The notes beneath the pieces are model-generated. The model ran no database searches. It saw only the letters and a list, made by a program, of their open reading frames with translations, and was not told where the DNA came from. A program made the translations under genes and the position numbers. Of a DNA stretch of 64,000 nucleotides, positions 47,442 through 56,357 are shown piece by piece; the first letter of the stretch is position 1; every line of letters starts with the position of its first letter. This DNA comes from Bacteriovoracia bacterium. Its GTDB lineage: Bacteria; Bdellovibrionota; UBA1018; JBFWNL01. The stretch lies in the NCBI GenBank assembly GCA_050251055.1, contig JBFWNL010000008.1:124808-188807 (forward strand). The letters run 5' to 3'.

Positions 47442-49418
47442 CTAACGGGAATCCAGGAGAAGCTTCGGACCGAGCTTCCCTTTGGGCGGCTGCACTAAGC
47501 TACGCTTGCTGGATTGGGGACCGCCGGCCCCACCCGGGGGGGCGGGACGTCCACGTCTATACTTCCGCAATATCTCGGCGTGACCCTTCTTGTGCGGTTG
47601 CAGCAGCGCCTGCTGCAGCTTGCGGTCTTCCCAAGTTTTCGGCACGAAGAGCGCTTTCTTGCTCATGGGGTCGATACCCGTCCAGTACATCGCGGTCGCC
47701 AGGGTCATCGGCGTCGGGATGAACGCCTGCACCTGCTGCAGGTTCCAGCCCTTTTCCTTCAGGTAGCCGTGCACCTTTTCCATCTGCGCATGCGTCGTAC
47801 CAGGGAATCCGCTGATGAAGTACGGAACCACGTATTGCTCCTTGCCGATCTCGTCGGAGACTTCCTTGAAGTAACTCACGAACTGGTCGAAGTTCTTCAG
47901 GCCCGGCTTCTTCATCAGGTGCAAAACATCGTCGTCCAAGTGCTCAGGCGCGACCTTCAAGTGACCCCCCACGTGGTGCGTGATGAGCTCGCGCATATAA
48001 GTTTGACCGGCCTTCTGATCAGCGAGTGAAATATCGTAGCGCAGACCCGAGGCGATGTGAATTTTGCGGATGCCGGGGATCTTGCGCGCTTTGCGCAGCA
48101 ATTCGACCTGAGGCGTGTGGTCCGTGTGCAAGTGCGGGCAGACTTTGGGATGCACGCATGAGAGCTTGCGGCATTTGCTTTGAATATCGGTGCTTTTGCA
48201 GCGCAGCTGGTACATATTCGCGGTTGGACCGCCGATATCGCTGACGATTCCCTTGAATCCCGGCACCTGATTCAAGCCTTCGACTTCTTTCAACACACTG
48301 CCTTCGGAGCGCGACTGCACGATGCGGCCCTGGTGCAGGGTGATCGCGCAGAACGAGCAACCCCCAAAACACCCGCGGGTGGACGCCACGGAAAAACGAA
48401 TCATGTCGGCCGCGGGGATCCGTTCGCGGTAGCTGGGGTGCTGCTCCTTCGTGAAAGGCAGCTCATAAATGGAGTCCATTTCCGGCGTCGAAAGCGGAAG
48501 GGCCGGCGGGTTGATCACCACGGCCTTGCCGCCATGGTACTGAATCAGGCGCTTACCATTATAAGGGCTGGCCTCGTATTCGATGAAATAAGCTGCTTTG
48601 GCGAACTTTTTCTTGTCGTCGCGGACTTCCTCGAAAGACGGGATGGTGAGCCGGCCCTCTAGATTGCGCGCGTGATCCTTCGTCGTGAGAAACGCAATTC
48701 CACGCTGGGTCTTGAGCTCCGCCAGGGCCGCTTGGGTTTCCGGCTGCTGGAGACTGAGCGGACCACCCACGGCTTCTGCGGCCTTCTTAAACTCTGCGAC
48801 CATCACGGACGTCGTTCGTTCGCCCATGCCAAAGACCACGAGATCGGACTTGAGCTCCGTCAGCACGGAAGGACGAATGCGGTTTTGCCAAAAATCGTAG
48901 TGCGCGAGGCGCCGGAGACTCACTTCCACCCCACCCGCGATGATCGGGGTTTCGGGGAAGGCCTGGCGCGCGAGATCGGAGTAGACGATGGTCGCGTAAT
49001 CGGGCCGTTTACCGCCCTTGCCGCCCTCCGAATACATGTCATCGGAACGCACCTTCTTGTTGGCGGTGTAATTATTGATCATGCTATCGACGGTGCCCGA
49101 AGACACGCCGACGAAAAGTCGGGGTCGCCCTAAACGTTGGATGTCTTCCAAATTGTGCCAGCGCGGTTGGGATACGATGCCCACCCGCAAGCCCAAGCGC
49201 TCGAGCCAGCGGCCTAAGCAGGGAATCCCGAAGGTCGGGTGGTCGACGTAGGCGTCGCCGTTGATCAAAAGGACGTCGAGCTCTTCCCAGCCACGTGCTT
49301 GCATTTCTTCGCGCGTCGTGGGTAAGAAACGGCGGCAGGCTTCGCGATAAACGGACGCGTTGTCGACTCGGAGGTTTTGCGCGGGCGTGCCGATAGTGGA
49401 TGCAGGTCGAGTCGACAT
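47442..49418 (-). CDS. YgiQ (UPF0313) family radical SAM protein
   Basis: GDAYVDHPTFG, SLRRLAHYD, RGCFGGCSFC, DIGGPTANMY and LKVAPEH motifs. Confidence 0.92.
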   Translation of the reverse strand: MSTRPASTIGTPAQNLRVDNASVYREACRRFLPTTREEMQARGWEELDVLLINGDAYVDHPTFGIPCLGRWLERLGLRVGIVSQPRWHNLEDIQRLGRPRLFVGVSSGTVDSMINNYTANKKVRSDDMYSEGGKGGKRPDYATIVYSDLARQAFPETPIIAGGVEVSLRRLAHYDFWQNRIRPSVLTELKSDLVVFGMGERTTSVMVAEFKKAAEAVGGPLSLQQPETQAALAELKTQRGIAFLTTKDHARNLEGRLTIPSFEEVRDDKKKFAKAAYFIEYEASPYNGKRLIQYHGGKAVVINPPALPLSTPEMDSIYELPFTKEQHPSYRERIPAADMIRFSVASTRGCFGGCSFCAITLHQGRIVQSRSEGSVLKEVEGLNQVPGFKGIVSDIGGPTANMYQLRCKSTDIQSKCRKLSCVHPKVCPHLHTDHTPQVELLRKARKIPGIRKIHIASGLRYDISLADQKAGQTYMRELITHHVGGHLKVAPEHLDDDVLHLMKKPGLKNFDQFVSYFKEVSDEIGKEQYVVPYFISGFPGTTHAQMEKVHGYLKEKGWNLQQVQAFIPTPMTLATAMYWTGIDPMSKKALFVPKTWEDRKLQQALLQPHKKGHAEILRKYRRGRPAPPGGAGGPQSSKRSLVQPPKGKLGPKLLLDSR

Positions 49419-49503
49419 AAGTGCGCTAACTTACAGTGTTTATGGCAATGCGTCAAATTGAAATCCAGTGGCGGTTCCAGTGAAAATATGCCAGCTTTTT
49501 CAT

Positions 49504-50151
49504 ATGCAAAGGTCCGGGTCGACAATCCCCTTTCCTCTCCTGGTGTCGCTAACGCTGCTACTGACGGCGTGCGGGAATACGACCGCGCTCAACTGCTCGG
49601 TTCGTAAATCCGCCGACGATTCCTACGACGCGGCTTCGGCGGTGAGCCTCAATATCGGCAGCGGAGATGAGGTCGCTCAATCGTTTCAAGTGCGTAGCAC
49701 GGCGATCGCCGAGAACCACACCACGCTCACCGTGAGCAGTGTCGAGCTGATGTTGGAGCCGATCGGCGAGGTCTCCGGTAACTTGTTTTTTTCCATTCAA
49801 ACCGATAGCGGCGGAGCGCCGTCGGGGACCGAACTCAGTGCGAACGCGAACGCCACGGTTAGCATCACGACGAACCTTACTCGCGGCGCCGAGTTCTATA
49901 CCTTCACCCTCCAAACCGCGACCGAACTTAGTCCGAACGTGACGTACTGGCTGCGCCTAAAAGCGATCTACCCCGTGAGCACCACGCAGTACGTGAAATG
50001 GTATGCCGATCCGGCCGCCGACGTATACGACGCGAGCAACGAGGGGTATTCGATGAAATCCAATGGCGCTAGCCCTCCCGTTTTCACGAGCCTGGGCGGA
50101 GATTTAGATTTTCTCTTCCGCATCGGGTGCACGGCGGTCACGTCGTCGTGA
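49504..50151 (+). CDS. lipoprotein with choice-of-anchor R-like beta-sandwich
   Basis: lipobox LTAC; AQSFQV, SIQTDSGGAPSG and LSPNVTYWL motifs. Confidence 0.6.
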   Translation: MQRSGSTIPFPLLVSLTLLLTACGNTTALNCSVRKSADDSYDAASAVSLNIGSGDEVAQSFQVRSTAIAENHTTLTVSSVELMLEPIGEVSGNLFFSIQTDSGGAPSGTELSANANATVSITTNLTRGAEFYTFTLQTATELSPNVTYWLRLKAIYPVSTTQYVKWYADPAADVYDASNEGYSMKSNGASPPVFTSLGGDLDFLFRIGCTAVTSS

Positions 50152-50573
50152 AAAAAACCCTGGCCTGGTCGGCGCTCCTGCTATCATCCATCACCGGCTG
50201 TGGTGAAACGCTGACCGGAGTCCAATCTCCCCAAACCGGCTGCTCGGCGAACGCCGTGCTGATCTTAGTCGGCGACGGATTCGTACAAAATTTCTGCGGC
50301 TGCCAGGAGGCCTCCGGCACCCTCGCCACCTCCGGGCAAAACCTCACCTGTACCTTCGCCGTGGGTAAAACGGTGATCTTCCAGTACCAGCCCGGCCGCT
50401 TGCATCACCAAATCATCCCCGTGGGCACGCCCGCCATCATCGACGGCCCCGTCTACGACCCAAATGCGAGCGTACCCATCCGCAGCTTCAGTCACGTGCC
50501 AGCGGCCGCTGGCACTTATCGCTTTCAGGATTCCTTCAACACCGCCGTCTCCGGTCAGCTCGTCGTCCAGTAA
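50148..50573 (+). CDS. small lipoprotein, cupredoxin-like fold
   Basis: GTGA overlap with the upstream stop; lipobox ITGC; C-terminus AGTYRFQD...SGQLVV. Confidence 0.55.
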   Translation: MKKTLAWSALLLSSITGCGETLTGVQSPQTGCSANAVLILVGDGFVQNFCGCQEASGTLATSGQNLTCTFAVGKTVIFQYQPGRLHHQIIPVGTPAIIDGPVYDPNASVPIRSFSHVPAAAGTYRFQDSFNTAVSGQLVVQ

Positions 50574-50600
50574 GCCCACCCAGAATTAATCTAAAGCCCG

Positions 50601-50718
50601 TTTCACCCTTTCCCATTTTCCTGAGGTCACCGGCCGCCGGCCTTCCATGACCTCTCCTCTCTTTTCCTTCCTTGGTCGAGGAGCGGCGGTGACCTCAGGA
50701 AAATGGGAAAGGGTGAAA
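50601..50718. repeat. perfect 32-bp inverted repeat with a 54-nt pyrimidine-rich loop
   Basis: TTTCACCCTTTCCCATTTTCCTGAGGTCACCG (50601-50632) is the exact reverse complement of 50687-50718. Confidence 0.9.
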
Positions 50719-50843
50719 TGGTGTTTATCGTGATTGTAGGTAGGCTTACTGGGTAATAGCTGCCCGGCAGAAGAGTTCCGTTAAAAGCGCCCCCGAAACG
50801 TCGATAGGTCCATTGAACCGTTCGTAATCCAGGAGGGAAGCAC

Positions 50844-51044
50844 ATGACGGCACATTCCAAGAAAATCGATAAGATCCGCGAAAAGATGGCCAAAAATCAG
50901 GAAGCGGCCGAGAAGGAAGCCGACGTGCTTTACCAACGTATGGGTGACCGCTGGTACGCGTTCTCCATCGTGGACGACGAAGTTTTCATGGGCGAAGTGC
51001 CCGAAGACGCCATTCACCTGGCGAAATCCGAAGCCAAGAACTGA
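50844..51044 (+). CDS. small hypothetical protein
   Basis: GGAGG RBS; LYQRMGDRWYAFSIVDDEVFMGEV. Confidence 0.7.
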   Translation: MTAHSKKIDKIREKMAKNQEAAEKEADVLYQRMGDRWYAFSIVDDEVFMGEVPEDAIHLAKSEAKN

Positions 51045-51256
51045 TGACCGCGCGGAAGTTTAAAGCCGCATCCCCCGCGACCCCTGGCCGCCCCGCCTCC
51101 CGCGGGGCGGGCGTACCCGACATCACCGCCGTCAAATTGCTGCGCGACCAGATCGCCGACCAGATCGCGACCGACCCCAAGAAGGCAGCCAGGATCTTGA
51201 CGCATTGGTTAAAGTCGGCATCTCACGTTAAAAATACGCGGAAAAAAGCCGCGTAA
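51044..51256 (+). CDS. small hypothetical protein with FliF C-terminus-like motif
   Basis: TGATG overlap with the upstream stop; IATDPKKAARILTHWLK. Confidence 0.6.
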   Translation: MTARKFKAASPATPGRPASRGAGVPDITAVKLLRDQIADQIATDPKKAARILTHWLKSASHVKNTRKKAA

Positions 51257-51328
51257 CGCTCACTTTCACTTCCCGTGTGCTACACTCGTGGTCGGACCTA
51301 CCGGTCCCACGAAGGGGATGATCCGTAC

Positions 51329-51598
51329 ATGAAGTACCTCACGCAACTCTCTGGCAAATTCTCGGTAATGTTCTTAGCGCTCCTCGCGCTCAGCCTCGGT
51401 GCTTTGGCCGACGACACGACGGGTACCGACGAAACCACCGGCGCGCCCGACCCGGAAACGGTGGCCCTGACCGATGAGATCGACCGATCCCCCGCCGTCC
51501 TCGACTGGCCCGTGGATCAGCCGTCAGGCGAAAACGCGCAAGTCTACGAAGACTTCGAAAAGCGCCTAGAGCTCAGCGCCCACGAAACCGAAAACTGA
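51329..51598 (+). CDS. small secreted acidic protein
   Basis: signal peptide ending ALA; Asp/Glu/Thr-rich. Confidence 0.6.
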   Translation: MKYLTQLSGKFSVMFLALLALSLGALADDTTGTDETTGAPDPETVALTDEIDRSPAVLDWPVDQPSGENAQVYEDFEKRLELSAHETEN

Positions 51599-51612
51599 AA
51601 TCCGCTGATCGA

Positions 51613-52092
51613 TTATAAGTAAAAATGCGTAACGCCGCCCTTATCTTTATGGGCGTTTTCTGAGTACATATGCAGGAACTTCACGAACTGCTTATAGGCT
51701 TCGTAAGTCGTGAGGCTTTGATCCACTACGCAGCCATAGCGTACATAGCGGATACCCTCTTCGATATACGGGCGTGAGTTCGCGACTTTGATGTGCAGAG
51801 GCAGGTAAGTGTCCTGGCTGAAGTACATGCGGATCGGAATCTCTTTCGAATCGGTCGGCCAGGGATCCTTGCTATCAAAAGGAGTCACGAACGAAAGCCC
51901 TTCTTCGCTGACGTCGACGATCTCCATTTGGCGTACGCCGCCTTCGGCGCCGGTGACGCAATAGACGCCGAGCAGCTGTTTGAAGAAGAGGCGCTCGGTT
52001 TTGCGGCGCTTTTCCTCGAGCTTCTTGGCGCGAACTTCCTCGAAATCGATCACTTGTTCAGCGGGCTTCTTGGCGTCAGTCCTTTGAGGCAT
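51613..52092 (-). CDS. PilZ domain protein
   Basis: RRKTER and DVSEEGL motifs; ATG 52092 with GGAGG RBS. Confidence 0.8.
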   Translation of the reverse strand: MPQRTDAKKPAEQVIDFEEVRAKKLEEKRRKTERLFFKQLLGVYCVTGAEGGVRQMEIVDVSEEGLSFVTPFDSKDPWPTDSKEIPIRMYFSQDTYLPLHIKVANSRPYIEEGIRYVRYGCVVDQSLTTYEAYKQFVKFLHMYSENAHKDKGGVTHFYL

Positions 52093-52235
52093 ATACGAGA
52101 GATCCTCCAAAAGACTTTTCGGCTTCGGGCCGGCCCGGCTGAACAGGTAAATTCTACCCCCGTCCCAAACGGACGAGCCCGGCACGGGCGCGGAATCATC
52201 GCCGTGGCGCCAAAGTTTTGACGAAAAAAAGCGAA

Positions 52236-52652
52236 CTAGAACTCGACGCGCACGGCGACGTCGTTGATCACGTCGAGCGTCTTCAGGAAGGAAAGCAAGG
52301 CTTGGCAGCCCGGGTCTTTCGGGTCGTGGAACTCGGCGCCCACCCGGCGCACAGAGTTCTTCTCCACTAAACGAGCCACCTTTACCGGCAGGGGAATGTA
52401 TAACGACTGATTCAAATAGACTTGGATGTCCAGCGTCTCGCCAGACTCGATCGCGGAGCCGTCCATGCCCTCGCCTTCCATGTCGAAATCGAAGCCGATG
52501 CCGACCTCACTCAAGTCATGGATCGGCAGACGATGGATGCCTTTCTTGGGGACTACGACGAAGAGAGAGAACGTATCCAGAACCGGCCGGCGTTCGAATC
52601 GCCGACGCTCGGAGCCGCTGTAATCTTTCTTACCGGATTTCTTTTTCGTCAT
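52236..52652 (-). CDS. PilZ domain protein
   Basis: ERRRFERRP (RxxxR), DLSEVGIG (DxSxxG) and VGAEF motifs. Confidence 0.85.
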   Translation of the reverse strand: MTKKKSGKKDYSGSERRRFERRPVLDTFSLFVVVPKKGIHRLPIHDLSEVGIGFDFDMEGEGMDGSAIESGETLDIQVYLNQSLYIPLPVKVARLVEKNSVRRVGAEFHDPKDPGCQALLSFLKTLDVINDVAVRVEF

Positions 52653-54364
52653 AGTGCTTTCCTTTGCGGCATCCCGTTCGGGGTAAGGGGCAGATTTTCC
52701 GTCTGTTGCAGCTCCTGCCCGGCTTTCGCGACGGCCTCTTCCGCCCGCTTACGCGTCTCGTCTAAGCGCCCAGTGAAAGTTTTACCATCAACTTTGGAAT
52801 TAAAAAAGGAATGTTGCAGGTTATGCAGCTCCAGGAACGCATCCCCGGCGGCCTTGATGGCCAGGTACAGGCCCGTGTGGAACCGCTCGTTTTCCAGCAT
52901 TTCCGGCGTGTACTTGGCGAAAAGCTGCGCGTGCATCGCCGCCCACTTATTATGGGATTGGACCCACTTAGCGGGCGCCGGGGACCCCGGCCGAAGCCGG
53001 CTGAAGGACTGGAAGAGCCGGTTCGTGTCCTTTAGCAAACCGTTGAAAGTCAGATAAAGCATGCGCAGCTCGGTAAGCTCGCCCTTGGACTTCTTCAGGA
53101 GCTCGTCGTGGTATTTCTTGAGCCGCACGTCGTAGTTGTGATCGAGCTCCCCTCCCAGACTCAGGGCCCGGTGAAAGACCACCTTCTTGCCCGCGAGCGC
53201 TGTAGCGAGCTCGGCGGGGGCGCCCGGGATGGAAGGTACCGCCGCTACCGGCACGTTGGCCAATGCCTGCTGGACGGTCTCCAGTTGATTGCGCGCATCA
53301 AAAACGACCACGTGGTACTTCCCTTTCGGCATGGGATCGCGGTCCTTCAGACGGAAGGGGCGGGTCTTGCCGATATGGCCCACGAGCACGACCTCGCGCT
53401 TTTCCAACACCTGATAGTAATTCAGAAGCGTGTCCGGAACGCCCCAAACCCAGAATTCGAACTTCGTGCCTTCGGGCAGGCTAGAGCCGAGATAAAAAAC
53501 CGGCGAAACGGGATCCCCCGTCGCTTGCGCCACCTCCAAGCTATAAGTGCCCGGGGTCACCGGCGCGACGGCGGCCTTACGAATAGCCTCCTTGCCTTCG
53601 CCACTCAGGTCTTCGATCTTCGCGACCGGAGAAACCAGGTTCGCCACCCACGGGATCTTCTCGCCTACCCGGTTCAGCCATGGCCGCGCGGCCTCGATGC
53701 CCTTTTCCACGTAGGGCGTCGCGAGCTGCTTGGCCGATTGCCAACTCGACTGCACCTGCGGGTGTTGCAGCACCGGATCGATGTAAGGTTTGAGCGGGCC
53801 CGTTTGGTAAAAATAAACCGTACAAAACACCCCGCAGAGAAAGAGAATGCGGAGCACGCGCCGGCGGCGTTGCTTACGCCGGACCATGCGCAGGTGCAAA
53901 TCTTCGTCGGTCGGAAACACACTGCGCAGTGGGCGGAATCCGCTCTTCACCGCGACGCTCGAGCTGTTGATGGTTTGGGAGTCGACTTCTTGCACGTCGA
54001 CCACCAGCGGATTGCGACCCTGATTGTCGTCGACGACCGCCGGTACGGGATCATCGGCGGGAACCTCCAGGGCCGGGGCGTCGTCGAGCGCCATGCCTTC
54101 CGAAGCGTCCAAAGTTTGGGTCTTTTCCAACCCGCCGATGGGAGCGATGTCCGGCGCTCCCCCTGTACGCAGACCGCTCATGGCCGAGCGAAATGCGTCC
54201 ACCTCATTCATCATTACCCAATCCGCCATGCCTTCGCACCAAACGTACTGCTGGGAAGACGCGCTTCCCTGGGACACGCGGCTTAGGACTTCATCGACGG
54301 TAAACGGCCCCTCGTGGTGATCCACGAGATAGATGAACCATTTTTTTTCCTGAGTGGTAGCCAT
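52649..54364 (-). CDS. GYF_2 (DUF4339) domain membrane protein
   Basis: WFIYLVDHHEGPFT...YVWCEGMADW; low-complexity linker; one TM; large C-terminal domain. Confidence 0.8.
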   Translation of the reverse strand: MATTQEKKWFIYLVDHHEGPFTVDEVLSRVSQGSASSQQYVWCEGMADWVMMNEVDAFRSAMSGLRTGGAPDIAPIGGLEKTQTLDASEGMALDDAPALEVPADDPVPAVVDDNQGRNPLVVDVQEVDSQTINSSSVAVKSGFRPLRSVFPTDEDLHLRMVRRKQRRRRVLRILFLCGVFCTVYFYQTGPLKPYIDPVLQHPQVQSSWQSAKQLATPYVEKGIEAARPWLNRVGEKIPWVANLVSPVAKIEDLSGEGKEAIRKAAVAPVTPGTYSLEVAQATGDPVSPVFYLGSSLPEGTKFEFWVWGVPDTLLNYYQVLEKREVVLVGHIGKTRPFRLKDRDPMPKGKYHVVVFDARNQLETVQQALANVPVAAVPSIPGAPAELATALAGKKVVFHRALSLGGELDHNYDVRLKKYHDELLKKSKGELTELRMLYLTFNGLLKDTNRLFQSFSRLRPGSPAPAKWVQSHNKWAAMHAQLFAKYTPEMLENERFHTGLYLAIKAAGDAFLELHNLQHSFFNSKVDGKTFTGRLDETRKRAEEAVAKAGQELQQTENLPLTPNGMPQRKAL

Positions 54365-54400
54365 TTATAGGAAATTCCGTATAAAATCAGTCTAAGTGAA

Positions 54401-55246
54401 ATGAAGCGCACAAGCAATTGGTCTCTCATCGGAATTCCCGACCAGCAGGGCGTCCTCCACGTCGGCGGACGAGCGGGAACGGTCTACGGTCCTGAGGCTT
54501 TCAGGCGGGTATTTAGACGCATGCAGGGACGCGCACGCGTACAGGAATCCCTAACGGAAGACGCCACGCTAGATCCGGTGACCGGCGACATCGACGCGAA
54601 TCATCGCCTCGCCATCTCGCTTGTTTCCACGACCCACGCCAAAACGGGAATTTCCGTGGTGGTCGGTGGCGGCCACGACCACGGCTACACCCACCTCGCC
54701 GGCGTGGCGAAGGCGCACCCAAAGCAAATCCTCGGATGCATCAATCTCGATGCACATCTAGACGTCCGTAAGCCCGATCCCAAGATCAGCAGTGGCTCCC
54801 CTTTCTTTCTCGCCTTGGAGAGCGGCGTGATCGCGCCGGAAAACTTCGTTGAGTTCGGCATTCAATCCCATTGCAACGCGCCCGCCCTTTGGGAGTACGC
54901 GGAAAAGAAGAAGATCCGCGTCGTACCCATGAGCACGCTTCGGCACGGAAAGGCGATCTCAGCGTTCTCGGCCGAACTGGAGAGCCTGAAAAAGAAATGC
55001 GACGTGATCGTGGTAAGCCTCGATCTCGATGCCATTTCCCAAGCATACGCTCCTGGCGTGTCCGCGCCCCAAGCCGAAGGCTTCACGGCGAGCGAAGCAT
55101 TGGGGTTTTGCGAGATCGCGGGGCGCGAGGCGAAAGTGGCGTCGCTCGGGATCTTTGAGCTCAACCCCGAACACGACGACGACGACAAGACCGCGCGCTT
55201 AGCCGCGACCTGTGCATTCCATTTTATTGAAGAAAAAATAAGCTAA
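54401..55246 (+). CDS. hutG: formimidoylglutamase (arginase family)
   Basis: GGRAG, GGGHD, NLDAHLDVR, SSGSPF, SLDLD, APGVSAP and ELNP motifs. Confidence 0.82.
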   Translation: MKRTSNWSLIGIPDQQGVLHVGGRAGTVYGPEAFRRVFRRMQGRARVQESLTEDATLDPVTGDIDANHRLAISLVSTTHAKTGISVVVGGGHDHGYTHLAGVAKAHPKQILGCINLDAHLDVRKPDPKISSGSPFFLALESGVIAPENFVEFGIQSHCNAPALWEYAEKKKIRVVPMSTLRHGKAISAFSAELESLKKKCDVIVVSLDLDAISQAYAPGVSAPQAEGFTASEALGFCEIAGREAKVASLGIFELNPEHDDDDKTARLAATCAFHFIEEKIS

Positions 55247-55253
55247 TCGTTGT

Positions 55254-56303
55254 TCAAGACACGAAGCGATTGAGCTTTTTGACTTTATCGACGTGCTCGT
55301 TGAGCGCGCCCGTCGCCTTCACGAGATGCTCCTGCATCCCACCGCGGAACTGCAGCACCTTGCCCGTACGGCGCCTTGCTTCGTCCATCGCCTGCGCCGC
55401 AGGCTGGAGCTGTTCCGCCGCTTGCTGCAACGATTGACGGGTTTGCGCCATCTCATCGAGCAACGCCCGGATGTGCGTCTGAATCGGAGCGGGCAACGCC
55501 CGAGCTCCCTTGGCAAAGCGTTCGCTCGTGGCGATGGTTCTGGCTAACGCGATCTGCGTCCGTTCAAGCTCCGCTTCCACGGCCAGGAGGGAAGACGCCA
55601 TCCGCTCCAAGGTTTCTTGAGTTTCGATCGAAGCCACGATCAGCTGCTTGCAATCCCCCACCACGTCGCGGATACACACACCCAGGTCTTTTATTCCCCG
55701 GCGCGCGTTTTCCACCCACTCGACTAGCTCCTTGCGACGAACCGCGCGGGAAACGCGCTGGTAACGCAGCCCCATCCAAAAACACAGGAAGAAAAAGCAG
55801 GCGAGCGTGGTGACGGCAACCGACTCGCGGAGGCGATCGCGCAACCCGAAGGCACCGCGATACGCGCGCGCGATCTGCACGCGCACGCCATAGTTGCTGC
55901 CTTCCTCACCGACCGTGCGAACGAAATCAAAGTAGCCGCCTTCCGCGTTCCACTCGAATTTTTCGCCTTGAGTCTTCGCGCCAAAATCGTTCGGGAGTTC
56001 GACTGGGAAAACCTTGAGCGCGCGGGTTACGCCGGCGGGCGTGCGCTCAGGCCAGAATAATTTTCCGATCGCCCAATATACCGGCGTCGCTTCGCCTTGC
56101 TCCTGGGCGTATTTCGCCAGCGAAGTGACTTCGAAATAAGTCGTGCGCGCGAGTGCGAGCGCGTCCTCGGCCTGATTTTTATAGCTGACTTGCGAACTAA
56201 AGTAATACAACACTCCCGTCAGCACACCGGCCGCGCAGAACGCGAGGAGGCCTTCCTCGAAGTGGGTTCGCTTCATCCATTTGAGCACGCCGTACAGACT
56301 CAT
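55254..56303 (-). CDS. two-TM membrane protein with cytoplasmic coiled coil
   Basis: start moved to ATG 56303; TM-periplasmic domain-TM-coiled coil topology; no canonical MCP tip motif. Confidence 0.6.
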   Translation of the reverse strand: MSLYGVLKWMKRTHFEEGLLAFCAAGVLTGVLYYFSSQVSYKNQAEDALALARTTYFEVTSLAKYAQEQGEATPVYWAIGKLFWPERTPAGVTRALKVFPVELPNDFGAKTQGEKFEWNAEGGYFDFVRTVGEEGSNYGVRVQIARAYRGAFGLRDRLRESVAVTTLACFFFLCFWMGLRYQRVSRAVRRKELVEWVENARRGIKDLGVCIRDVVGDCKQLIVASIETQETLERMASSLLAVEAELERTQIALARTIATSERFAKGARALPAPIQTHIRALLDEMAQTRQSLQQAAEQLQPAAQAMDEARRRTGKVLQFRGGMQEHLVKATGALNEHVDKVKKLNRFVS

Positions 56304-56357
56304 CCGTCTTTCTTTTCGTCGCCTTGCGGGGTATTCCTGAGGCCTCAAGAGGATCCT

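Noticed and set aside
55254-56303. Methyl-accepting chemotaxis protein
   Set aside because: The topology fits, but the conserved signalling hairpin motif (LLALNAAIEAARAGE) is absent.
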